Notes under the pieces: generated by a model
Told to the model about the DNA's origin: nothing
What the model saw: only the letters and a program-made list of their open reading frames with translations
Database searches by the model: none
Program-made: the position numbers and the translations under genes
In this document: positions 1 to 8,011 of the stretch, piece by piece
Position numbering within the stretch: position 1 is the stretch's first letter
How the letters are laid out: each line of letters opens with the position of its first letter
DNA from: a virus
Lineage: Duplodnaviria > Heunggongvirae > Uroviricota > Caudoviricetes
DNA: 11,930 bases
Virus record (IMG/VR): IMGVR_UViG_3300028888_000102
Reading direction: 5' to 3' (one strand)

Positions 1-2
1 GT

Positions 3-302
3 GAGATAGGCTTCTCAAACAGACAAGTCGAATTGGTTGTTAATATGGCAATAGCAATCGCAAATGAGAGTGTCTTCAAGAAATACTTCAATGACAACTG
101 CATACACTTCAATGAAGACTATCTTGAGTTTCTTACAAGTTCAACAGACAAGACAGAGTTTGAGGAAACCATTAGACGCGTTACAACAGAACAGGGTGAA
201 TTTGTTGAATATGGTTACACCATGACAAATGATGGTGGCTTAATCAGTGTTGTTTTCCAATACAGAGAACAATCAATAAATAAAATGTTAAATGAATGTT
301 AA
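3..302 (+). CDS. Hypothetical protein, probably 5'-truncated by the window edge
   Basis: The frame of the 33..302 ORF is open back to position 3 (EIGFSNRQVELVVNM...), so the TTG at 33 need not be the start. It ends in TAA just before promoter P1. No recognisable motif. Confidence 0.7.
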   Translation, partial: EIGFSNRQVELVVNMAIAIANESVFKKYFNDNCIHFNEDYLEFLTSSTDKTEFEETIRRVTTEQGEFVEYGYTMTNDGGLISVVFQYREQSINKMLNEC

Positions 303-315
303 AACGCTAAAAATG

Positions 316-347
316 TTTGGTCAAACCAAATATTTTGCTTACCTTTG
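316..347 (+). promoter_or_regulatory. Bacteroidota sigma70-type promoter P1
   Basis: TTTG (316-319), 20-nt spacer, TACCTTTG (340-347), matching the -33 TTTG / -7 TAnnTTTG consensus. Intergenic and 36 nt before the ATG at 384. Confidence 0.85.
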
Positions 348-383
348 CACTATCAAAAGTTGAACAAATAAAAAGAGATAGAT

Positions 384-1154
384 ATGACACCGAAAGAAAC
401 GATTTATTTGCACTTCATGCAAGTGCATAACACTTATGACCAACTCTACGGAAAAACTACTGATTTGTATAGAACCGATAATGAGTTTGTCAACAGCCAA
501 GAGTTCAAAAACATGGCGAGAAGCGCGGGCACTATCCAAACTATTCAAGGGAAAATCAACTATTATCAAAGGTTGATTGACAAAAAACTTGAAGAGAAAC
601 GAACAGAGGAGTTATTCAACACCGAGGATGGTGCGAAGTACATGTCGCATCTTGCTGACGAAAGAGAAAAGATTCGTGAGAAACGCGATGCAGTCGCGAA
701 CATGGCAGAAATGCACATTGATAACTTGGTCAAGAATCTTCTTGGTGACGATTGGGGCGCGAAATTCATGTTGGGTAGTGTTGAAATTGGTCTCCTATCA
801 AAAGACAAGAACGATTGCCGACACTTCATTTTTGGTCACAACTTCACATTGATGACAAGTATGTATGGTGACTATGAAAAGGCTACTATTGACGATATGA
901 CATTTAGTTTCTCGTGTGGCTCAATGATGGCATTCCCAATCTTCAATAGTGATGAAGGTTTACTCCGCAAAGAGTTTGAAATTGGAAAGGGTAAGTTCCT
1001 GTCAAATACACAGGTATTGTTAGAGATTAGGGAAAAGACCTTTAACGCTATGGTTGAGATTTATCGTTTAAATGAGATTTATGACGAACTTATTCACAAG
1101 ATGAAACACGCGACAGAGGAGGATTTGGAGGCATTCATGAATGAAAACAAGTAA
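384..1154 (+). CDS. Hypothetical protein (256 aa), N-terminal half helical/coiled-coil-like
   Basis: Long ORF with ATG directly downstream of P1 in an A-rich context. No family motif recognised. Confidence 0.85.
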   Translation: MTPKETIYLHFMQVHNTYDQLYGKTTDLYRTDNEFVNSQEFKNMARSAGTIQTIQGKINYYQRLIDKKLEEKRTEELFNTEDGAKYMSHLADEREKIREKRDAVANMAEMHIDNLVKNLLGDDWGAKFMLGSVEIGLLSKDKNDCRHFIFGHNFTLMTSMYGDYEKATIDDMTFSFSCGSMMAFPIFNSDEGLLRKEFEIGKGKFLSNTQVLLEIREKTFNAMVEIYRLNEIYDELIHKMKHATEEDLEAFMNENK

Positions 1155-1158
1155 GGTC

Positions 1159-1524
1159 ATGGCAAAGAAACAGACTAAACAACAGATTAAGGCTGAAATC
1201 ACGCGAAAGACAGAACAACGTTTCAGAGACAAACTTCAAGCACTTCAAGAACTTATGGACGAAAACAAACGTCTCATGGATGAAAACAAACGTCTTAGAA
1301 ACGAGAAGTTTGAACTTGCAAAAAATGTTGAGAGAATTGAACTGCTCAAAGACGAGAACGAAAAGTTGAAAGATTGGGTCAACAGACTACAAGAATACAT
1401 GGATTTGCCGCCCGACCAGTTCAAGCGTGAAATTGAACGCATGAAAAAGGAAGAGGAATATACCAGGCTTCTTGGTACTTTTGCAAGAATGACAGGTCTA
1501 TATACTACAATGGGTTTAATTTAA
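1159..1524 (+). CDS. Coiled-coil hypothetical protein (about 121 aa)
   Basis: ATG at 1159 sits 4 nt after the previous stop and is preferred over the overlapping ATG at 1141. Heptad-patterned, E/K/R/L-rich sequence. Confidence 0.8.
   Translation: MAKKQTKQQIKAEITRKTEQRFRDKLQALQELMDENKRLMDENKRLRNEKFELAKNVERIELLKDENEKLKDWVNRLQEYMDLPPDQFKREIERMKKEEEYTRLLGTFARMTGLYTTMGLI
1252..1293 (+). repeat. In-frame 21-bp tandem duplication (one heptad, LMDENKR x2)
   Basis: cttatggacgaaaacaaacgt / ctcatggatgaaaacaaacgt: 19 of 21 identical, both differences synonymous. Confidence 0.9.
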
Positions 1525-1534
1525 AAATTTCGTC

Positions 1535-1804
1535 ATGGTTTACAATGATTATCTGACAGAGGTATTGGTCGACCTCATTCGCGGACTTATTGACGAGTTT
1601 AATGACACAAGGGTTAGCTTGTATTCCAACATTTGCCGAGTCGATAATGTGTATATCACGGAAGATAACGGAATCAAGTGGGACTTTGAACCAGAGTTTT
1701 TTGGCGAGGACGAGGAAGGAAAATACATGGCACATACCTGTACCGATGAGATGATTATGGTTTGTATTTATCAGACATTACAGAGAATGTTAACAAAAAA
1801 ATAA
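1535..1804 (+). CDS. Small acidic hypothetical protein (89 aa)
   Basis: ATG 10 nt after the previous stop, co-oriented. About 18 D/E against 8 K/R by manual count. Confidence 0.75.
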   Translation: MVYNDYLTEVLVDLIRGLIDEFNDTRVSLYSNICRVDNVYITEDNGIKWDFEPEFFGEDEEGKYMAHTCTDEMIMVCIYQTLQRMLTKK

Positions 1805-1817
1805 AGCAAGAACAATT

Positions 1818-2336
1818 ATGAATCAAATTAACAAGTATTTAATTAACACTTCTGCGGCTAAGGCTATGGCAAAAGCCGCTCAAAAGCAAGCCTACGAAGC
1901 GTTTTGGTATCTTCTCCAAGTGAACAAAAACAAGTACAAGTTGCCGCGTTATGTGTCAGTTGCAATGAACAGGGGCGATACGTTAGTTCTTCTCAAGCCA
2001 GACCCTGTGAATAATCCTATTCACGAGGAAGTGCACTTGGTTGATTCTACAGAATGCGATATCAAGTTTGACATCAAACTTGGCACTTATGTTGTGACCA
2101 CCAAAGGGAAAAACGAATTTATGTGTCTGTTTAATTCCCTTGAATATGCAAGACTGGAAGAACTGATGGAAATCTATGACATTATCGTCAATGATTGGAA
2201 CGCAAGGCTTGACTTGAAGCAAAAGACCGAAGATGATGACAAAACCAACGAGGTTAATGTCAATGCCAATGGTTGCGGTGTTGAAATTACCCAAAAGAAT
2301 ATAAAAGGTGACAATGTTGTAAGTGTTACATTCTGA
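1818..2336 (+). CDS. Hypothetical protein (172 aa)
   Basis: A-rich start context (aacaattATG), tightly packed in the operon. No motif recognised. Confidence 0.8.
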   Translation: MNQINKYLINTSAAKAMAKAAQKQAYEAFWYLLQVNKNKYKLPRYVSVAMNRGDTLVLLKPDPVNNPIHEEVHLVDSTECDIKFDIKLGTYVVTTKGKNEFMCLFNSLEYARLEELMEIYDIIVNDWNARLDLKQKTEDDDKTNEVNVNANGCGVEITQKNIKGDNVVSVTF

Positions 2337-2340
2337 CGAG

Positions 2341-2874
2341 GTGAAACAAAAAAATAAATTCGTGTTCATATACTCTCTTTTGTCGGAGGCGCGTGTGTTC
2401 TTATACGCGCTTTCCGCTTTTGTGCTTTTGTTGTTCTTTGGAACATGTTTAACTGACTTCGGTAATGAGCCTGTAACGCCAGATATACCCAACACAATTT
2501 ACATGTGGCATCGTAACAAGGATAACGGATTGCTAAAAATAGCCGATATTTGCGGCACAGGGCACGAAAATGATAATGCCTTTATCCATGTTCGCCAAGA
2601 GAAAAACAAAGCCTTAGAAGCGATATTTTGGTTTCGTGATAAAGAACTTAAGTATAACGCACACTACAATATCAGCGTTAGGTTTGACTCTGTTGTATTG
2701 GACAGAAAATGCCGATATGTCATAAATAATGATAGTATTGGTGTCCTGTATATTGACAAACCGAAAATGATTGTTCAGAAAATGACCGAGAACGAAACAT
2801 TTGACGTAATTTTTAAACAACGTCATAAGATAATTGATATATTCCACTTCAATTCTCCAAAATTAAAATGGTGA
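2341..2874 (+). CDS. Predicted membrane-anchored protein with one N-terminal TM segment
   Basis: Hydrophobic stretch VFLYALSAFVLLLFFGTCL followed by a soluble beta-rich domain. Start is uncertain: GTG 2341 (4 nt after the previous stop) or GTG 2323. Confidence 0.7.
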   Translation: MKQKNKFVFIYSLLSEARVFLYALSAFVLLLFFGTCLTDFGNEPVTPDIPNTIYMWHRNKDNGLLKIADICGTGHENDNAFIHVRQEKNKALEAIFWFRDKELKYNAHYNISVRFDSVVLDRKCRYVINNDSIGVLYIDKPKMIVQKMTENETFDVIFKQRHKIIDIFHFNSPKLKW

Positions 2875-2906
2875 ACAAACTTTTAACAATTTTTTAACAC
2901 CTAAAA

Positions 2907-2938
2907 TTTGTTCAAATAATATTTTTGACGTATCTTTG
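2907..2938 (+). promoter_or_regulatory. Bacteroidota sigma70-type promoter P2, upstream of the RM-like gene
   Basis: TTTG (2907-2910), 20-nt spacer, TATCTTTG (2931-2938). Preceded by TTAACA at 2883 and 2894. Confidence 0.9.
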
Positions 2939-2977
2939 CACCATAATTAATAACAAGACAACTAATAAAAGAGGTAT

Positions 2978-5410
2978 ATGGCAAGAAGTAAATTTTACGA
3001 TTTAATCAAGAACGCAAAGATTGAAAAGGACGTTGAACACGTTTATACGCAGGGCATAAGCCTTTATTTCCCTGGTGTGGATATTGAACATACATTTGCT
3101 TGTGACGCTTTGGTTGACACCAAAAACAAGCAGGGTAAACTCCTCAAACTCATCATTGAATACAAGTTTGATGAGGATTTCCAATCACGCGCAATGAGGG
3201 CAAAGGTAATCGCACAAGTCCTTTTCTATATGAAGCGGTTTGAACTTAACGGAATGATTCTGCCTAACGTGGCAATGGTTGGTGACGTTAACGAGTGTTT
3301 TGTTTTCCATACCAATGACATTATCCCTTATCTTGATGAGGATATTGATTGGTCAACAGCACCATCGCAAGCGCATATCAACAATCCAGAACTTGTGATG
3401 AAACTCGCGCAGGATGAAAATATAAATCCGTTTGTTTTTGTTGTGGATGAAAACTTCTCATTCAAAGATGTGGCTGATAAGATTTATGACCTTTCCGCGA
3501 ACATTCAGCGATATGTCCACGTTACAGAGCATAACATCGCAACCATCTTTGAATACTTCACCAACCGCGTAATCACCAACAAGAAAAAGGTTAGTGCCAA
3601 TGACCTTGTTGCAGTATTTATGGGTGTTATTACAAAGAATGAAAACTATTACAAGCACCCAATGAAAAAGAATGTGCTTGTCACACCTCTTGGTGATGTG
3701 AAGATTAACGGAGAGGGTTATGACGCGTTTTTCTCTTACTTCAACCGCAATTACACACCACAAGAAAAGATGCGTTTCACCGAAATCAGCGACAGACTGA
3801 TTGAAGATACCAACCGCAGAAACAAGGGTGAGTTCTACACACCTACCCTTTTCGTTGATTACGCGCACGATATGATTTCAAAACAATTCGGTGAGGATTG
3901 GAAGGAAAACTATGTTGTTTGGGATAACTCTTGCGGTTCAAAGAATCTTACCAGAGATTATCACTTCAAGGAGTTGTATTGCTCAACACTTGAACAAGCC
4001 GAACTTGATATTTCGGCACACTACAACAAGGAAGCAACCAGTTTTCAGTTTGACTTTCTCAATGACTCTCTTGACAAGTTGCCAAGAGGTCTGCTTGAGG
4101 CATTTGAACAGAATAAGCCAATCATTATCTTTATGAATCCGCCTTATGCAACGGCAAATAATTTTGGTGAGACAAGCAAAGATAAGATTGCTAAAACAAT
4201 GATTAATGAACAAATGTTAAATGATAAAATCGGCTCATCTGCACAAAATCTTTATGCCCAGTTCATTTATCGCATTATGATGATTAAGCGCAAGTATAAC
4301 TTAACCAACATTCACATTGCTATGTTTACACCTACTTTGTATCTTAGCGGTGGTAGCTGGAAAGGTTTCCGCAAAGAGTTCTTTAAGGACTTTACTTATC
4401 GTAATGGATGCACGTTTAGGGCAAGTCACTTTGCTGATGTGGCAGATAATTGGGGCATTTCATTCACTATTTGGCTGAACGGAAAGAGTTTTGTAACGGA
4501 TAGTTTCAAACATACATTGATAGATAACGGAAATGATGGTATTGAAATTATTGGTGAAAAACAAATTTACAACGCAGATAACCACATAAAGGCAAGCGAA
4601 TGGGTACGAGAGCCGATTAAAGGGTTAAAAACTTTTGATGCGCCAAATCTTACAAGTGCGTTGAGCATTAAAGAAGTAAATACCAGAGGAATGTTAATGG
4701 AAGATTCTATCGGTTATTTTTACAATAATAGTAATAACGTAGATAAGAATGACCAGAATGTTGGTTTATTTAGCAGTCCGTTTGCCGCGGCACACGGACT
4801 GTCTACCAGGGCAGAAAACTTCGTCCGTTGCACTTCCTTGTTTTCTGCTCGTAGGTTAGTTCAAAAGAACTGGATTAATTGGGCAGATGAATATATGAAG
4901 CCTAACACCGAGCATCCGTTGTGGCAAGAATTTGAGAATGATAGCATTGTTTACTCATTGTTTGAAAGCAAGTCAAATCAATCTTCATTAAGGCAGGTTG
5001 AATATAAAGGCAAGTTGTGGGACATCAAGAACGAGTTTTTCTGGATGTCACGTGAGGAAATGATGTCATTGGCAAACGAGAACGGAAATGACCATTGCTA
5101 TCAAGATGCGAATGTGTCAAGTGACAGATACGTTTACAACCTATTGCAGGGCATTACGTTGAGTGAGGAAGCGCAAGCGGTATTGGATAAGGCTTGCGAA
5201 CTTGTAAGGAAAACTTTCAAGTACCGAATGATGTTTGATGAGAACAACGAGAATTACCAAATTAATAACTGGGACGCATCATTCTACCAGATGAAACCTC
5301 TTTGGAAAGAATATGCAAAAGAGGATTTTGAAGAGTTCAAGGAGTTGTACAAGAAGTTGGCAGACAAAATGTTGCCTATGGTTTATGAAGTTGGATTTTT
5401 AAGAAAATAA
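2978..5410 (+). CDS. Type IIG-like fused restriction endonuclease / N6-adenine DNA methyltransferase (810 aa)
   Basis: N-terminal PD-(D/E)xK signature (E16, D43, E61-Y-K63) plus QxxxY (Q80-Y84). MTase motif X GEFYTP (aa 284), motif I-like WDNSCGSKNL (D316), FDFLND, and motif IV NPPY (aa 387), in gamma-class order, then a long C-terminal putative target-recognition region. Confidence 0.85.
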   Translation: MARSKFYDLIKNAKIEKDVEHVYTQGISLYFPGVDIEHTFACDALVDTKNKQGKLLKLIIEYKFDEDFQSRAMRAKVIAQVLFYMKRFELNGMILPNVAMVGDVNECFVFHTNDIIPYLDEDIDWSTAPSQAHINNPELVMKLAQDENINPFVFVVDENFSFKDVADKIYDLSANIQRYVHVTEHNIATIFEYFTNRVITNKKKVSANDLVAVFMGVITKNENYYKHPMKKNVLVTPLGDVKINGEGYDAFFSYFNRNYTPQEKMRFTEISDRLIEDTNRRNKGEFYTPTLFVDYAHDMISKQFGEDWKENYVVWDNSCGSKNLTRDYHFKELYCSTLEQAELDISAHYNKEATSFQFDFLNDSLDKLPRGLLEAFEQNKPIIIFMNPPYATANNFGETSKDKIAKTMINEQMLNDKIGSSAQNLYAQFIYRIMMIKRKYNLTNIHIAMFTPTLYLSGGSWKGFRKEFFKDFTYRNGCTFRASHFADVADNWGISFTIWLNGKSFVTDSFKHTLIDNGNDGIEIIGEKQIYNADNHIKASEWVREPIKGLKTFDAPNLTSALSIKEVNTRGMLMEDSIGYFYNNSNNVDKNDQNVGLFSSPFAAAHGLSTRAENFVRCTSLFSARRLVQKNWINWADEYMKPNTEHPLWQEFENDSIVYSLFESKSNQSSLRQVEYKGKLWDIKNEFFWMSREEMMSLANENGNDHCYQDANVSSDRYVYNLLQGITLSEEAQAVLDKACELVRKTFKYRMMFDENNENYQINNWDASFYQMKPLWKEYAKEDFEEFKELYKKLADKMLPMVYEVGFLRK

Positions 5411-5416
5411 AATATT

Positions 5417-5677
5417 ATGAATTACAAGGACAGACAAATAAATTCATTTTTTGCTTGCATTAGAGAAAAGTTGCTATCACTTCGTGACAAGAGACGCGAA
5501 AGAATTGAGAGGGACTACCGCATTAACCAATACCGCCATTGGTTCTATGTTAATCATGGGTGGAAGCCCAGTAAAAAAGAGGCGATGAGGGAGTTGGAGT
5601 TTGATGATTTTATTAATAAAAAGTTTGATAGAAGCGCGGGTAGTGTAATTTTCCCGATGTTTGTAAGAACAAATTAA
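5417..5677 (+). CDS. Small basic, Arg-rich hypothetical protein (86 aa)
   Basis: ATG 6 nt after the RM gene stop (aaatattATG context). Shares a motif with the next ORF (see findings). Confidence 0.7.
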   Translation: MNYKDRQINSFFACIREKLLSLRDKRRERIERDYRINQYRHWFYVNHGWKPSKKEAMRELEFDDFINKKFDRSAGSVIFPMFVRTN

Positions 5678-5693
5678 TTCTTTTCACAAAATT

Positions 5694-6023
5694 ATGAATA
5701 CAACAGATTTTTGGCTTACTTTTATCGCCTTATTTGGTGGTGTTATCCTTTTTGTGGGTCTTATTTACCACATTTGCGTTTGGTGTGGAGAAACAAAAGA
5801 AATTCGCGTCATTCTCAAAGCGAGAGGTGAAAAAGACAGGGTGCTGACGCACAGAGAAAGAGTGGTGCGTAGGAAAAAACGGGCAGAACTTCGCAGAGAG
5901 TATGTAAGCCAATATTGGGTAAGAAACGGATGCGAGCCTTACGATTATCAAGTAAACAAGTATCTGAACGATTGGGAGGTGAACGCGGAAACCCCGTATC
6001 TGGAAGGGATAAAAACAGATTAA
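5694..6023 (+). CDS. Predicted membrane protein: N-terminal TM helix plus basic cytoplasmic-type domain (109 aa)
   Basis: FWLTFIALFGGVILFVGLIYHICVW hydrophobic segment followed by an Arg/Lys-rich helix. Confidence 0.75.
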   Translation: MNTTDFWLTFIALFGGVILFVGLIYHICVWCGETKEIRVILKARGEKDRVLTHRERVVRRKKRAELRREYVSQYWVRNGCEPYDYQVNKYLNDWEVNAETPYLEGIKTD

Positions 6024-6033
6024 ATAGTAAATT

Positions 6034-6372
6034 ATGAAAAAGATTTTAGTTGGTTTATTGTTGTTATTTGCAGTATTGGTTTCAGTTTCTTGCAATCAAT
6101 GGAAGCCATCAGTAAAGTATGAGATTGAGATTACAGAGAAACTGACAAGTGTCGGTTATCAGTATCGGTCTTATACTAAGGAATATGTTTCAGTCACCTA
6201 CTATCGTTTTAGATACCATTATAAAACGATTTTTCCAGAAGAATCTACAAATAAGGGAAAATATGAAGAGGGTGATGAAATCAAGGACGTAACTTATACT
6301 GCTTACAAGAAGTATAATGTTGGTGATAAATTCATTTCCGATAGTTATATTTGGTTCAGTTTTCCTAATTGA
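6034..6372 (+). CDS. Predicted lipoprotein (112 aa)
   Basis: MKK, hydrophobic core ILVGLLLLFAVLV, then SVS-C20: a signal peptidase II-type signal peptide. Tyr-rich beta-type mature domain. Confidence 0.75.
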   Translation: MKKILVGLLLLFAVLVSVSCNQWKPSVKYEIEITEKLTSVGYQYRSYTKEYVSVTYYRFRYHYKTIFPEESTNKGKYEEGDEIKDVTYTAYKKYNVGDKFISDSYIWFSFPN

Positions 6373-6395
6373 TAAGGGAATTTTAACATTTAAAA

Positions 6396-6427
6396 TTTGG
6401 TCAATTCAAAAAACATAGGTATCTTTG
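6396..6427 (+). promoter_or_regulatory. Bacteroidota sigma70-type promoter P3
   Basis: TTTG (6396-6399), 20-nt spacer, TATCTTTG (6420-6427). TTAACA at 6383. Confidence 0.9.
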
Positions 6428-6454
6428 CAGTAGAAATTTTAAATAACGTTTAAT

Positions 6455-7054
6455 ATGATAAGAAAAGATTACGGAGATATCATTGCTCTATATTTGGAGG
6501 GTAAGATTGGACAAAGAACACCAAAAAAGGTTGTAGACGAACTTCTTGAAACTTCAGATACGTGGCATAAAAAGTGTCCGTTTATCGGATATCATCGCTT
6601 TAATGTGGGTGACAATTTTATGCGCCCCTGGACTAATAATAACTCAATCCTCACCATTGTTGGAATTGATTATCAAGCAAGAGAATATATTTGCAATAGT
6701 TCATTATTTCCAGAACCGACTATCAGAGTTAGTTTTTCTGACGATTACAGACTTCAGCCTGTATATGGTTGCTCATGTTGTCAGTGCTGCAACCGCATGG
6801 CATTTTGCAACTTGTGCAACAGACCAATTTTCGGTGTCGGAGACATAATTAAATGGTCTTATGGCAAAAATTCTGCCGTGATGGTTGTAGATGACATTGA
6901 CTTGTGCGGAAAGCGTTATCGTGTTCACAATGGCGATTATTGCTTTACTATTTCATTTGAGAATAATGACCTTTTGACACTTGTTTCTTCTGCTTGCCCT
7001 GTATCATGCTGCAATCCTTGTTATTGCTGCAAGTTCCGTTGCTGCAACCGATAA
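6455..7054 (+). CDS. Cys-rich protein with two internal SH3-like repeats (199 aa)
   Basis: Repeats begin FNVGD (aa 49) and FGVGD (aa 126), each followed by a Cys cluster (CSCCQCCNRMAFCNLC; CPVSCCNPCYCCKFRCC). 19 Cys in total. The fold call is inference from the motif pattern. Confidence 0.75.
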   Translation: MIRKDYGDIIALYLEGKIGQRTPKKVVDELLETSDTWHKKCPFIGYHRFNVGDNFMRPWTNNNSILTIVGIDYQAREYICNSSLFPEPTIRVSFSDDYRLQPVYGCSCCQCCNRMAFCNLCNRPIFGVGDIIKWSYGKNSAVMVVDDIDLCGKRYRVHNGDYCFTISFENNDLLTLVSSACPVSCCNPCYCCKFRCCNR

Positions 7055-7066
7055 TCAGTTATAAGC

Positions 7067-7411
7067 ATGAATAAGATTAAGAAAGCAATCATATTTAAGG
7101 GTCTTGCGTATACAGGTATTGCCGACATTTGCACATGTCCGCACTGCGAAAACGTGATGGGTGAGATGGATAACGTCGCGATGCTCGTTCCTGCTGGCAT
7201 GGCGCGATGCCCACACTGCGGTGAGCAGTTGATGTGGTATAGCGAGGACACAATAGACGAAGACAGGGAGGTCTCAATGTACGATATCGTTACTGACAAT
7301 GACATTGAACTATTTGAGTACGATGCGAACTACAAGGAAGTAACAAACGAGGAAGGCAAAGTTTTCCTCTATGACATTCAAGAGCACAGAAACGTTAAAG
7401 AGATTGATTGA
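7067..7411 (+). CDS. Zinc-ribbon protein (CPHC...CPHC) with acidic C-terminal half (114 aa)
   Basis: Two CxxC pairs, TCPHCENV and RCPHCGEQL, in a typical zinc-ribbon arrangement. Confidence 0.75.
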   Translation: MNKIKKAIIFKGLAYTGIADICTCPHCENVMGEMDNVAMLVPAGMARCPHCGEQLMWYSEDTIDEDREVSMYDIVTDNDIELFEYDANYKEVTNEEGKVFLYDIQEHRNVKEID

Positions 7412-7412
7412 T

Positions 7413-7997
7413 ATGGACAGAATTTTTAAGATTGACAAACAACTTTGTGGAAAGTTTCATGCAACCTATGTTGAAAAGGTTGATGAGAAGCATTTGGTTA
7501 TGCACTTTGACTGCCCCATTGTAAAGAGGATGACATGGGATTTGATAACAGATGCTATTGACCTTTATGCTTGGGGTCTTTCATGGTCATCGTGGTTGGA
7601 AAAGGAAGCACGTTATCACTTCAACCTTGCGCACTTAGTGCTTTGCAAAGACCCATATCATGATTTGAAGAAAACCCTTGAAGAAATGTATAACGAGGGT
7701 AAGATTTTCCACAAACTGATTGACATTAGGACACAGGGTTATGATGAAATTATTGGCAACAGGATATGCCTTGTATTTGGGCCGGAGCAACCTGGTCATT
7801 ACGCACCATTTATTCAATACACACCGAATGATTTTTTGGGTCATGAGTATTTCAATGTCGGCACTTTCTACAGGTATAATGAAATGGGCATTTCAGTAAC
7901 ACATTATTGTGGGCCACATCGTTTATTCGGAAACGAGGAATTTGTCAACATTTTTATCGCAATCCAAGACTTCTACATGAACACAACAGAAATTTAA
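7413..7997 (+). CDS. Hypothetical protein (about 194 aa), His/aromatic-rich
   Basis: ATG at 7413 immediately follows the TGA at 7409-7411 and is preferred over the overlapping 7371 start. No family recognised. Confidence 0.8.
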   Translation: MDRIFKIDKQLCGKFHATYVEKVDEKHLVMHFDCPIVKRMTWDLITDAIDLYAWGLSWSSWLEKEARYHFNLAHLVLCKDPYHDLKKTLEEMYNEGKIFHKLIDIRTQGYDEIIGNRICLVFGPEQPGHYAPFIQYTPNDFLGHEYFNVGTFYRYNEMGISVTHYCGPHRLFGNEEFVNIFIAIQDFYMNTTEI

Positions 7998-8011
7998 CAT
8001 ACCTCTTTTTA

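Noticed and set aside
1788-1795. Palindrome TGTTAACA resembling the promoter-associated box
   Set aside because: It lies inside a coding end with no TAnnTTTG at the expected distance downstream, so it is likely chance. The same applies to TTAACA at 7994.
2341-2874. FFGTC as a lipobox
   Set aside because: The Cys lies about 36-42 residues from the start and the motif is non-canonical. A TM anchor is the simpler reading.
4141-5000. Possible recently swapped target-recognition domain in the RM gene (some AT-rich lines)
   Set aside because: Sampled 60-nt lines range from 16/60 to 28/60 G+C with no clear boundary and no flanking repeats, so a swap is not supportable by eye.
6455-7054. Cys-rich ORF as a RiPP (ranthipeptide/SCIFF-like) precursor
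   Set aside because: It is too long, contains folded-domain repeats, and no radical SAM or other maturase gene is present in the window.
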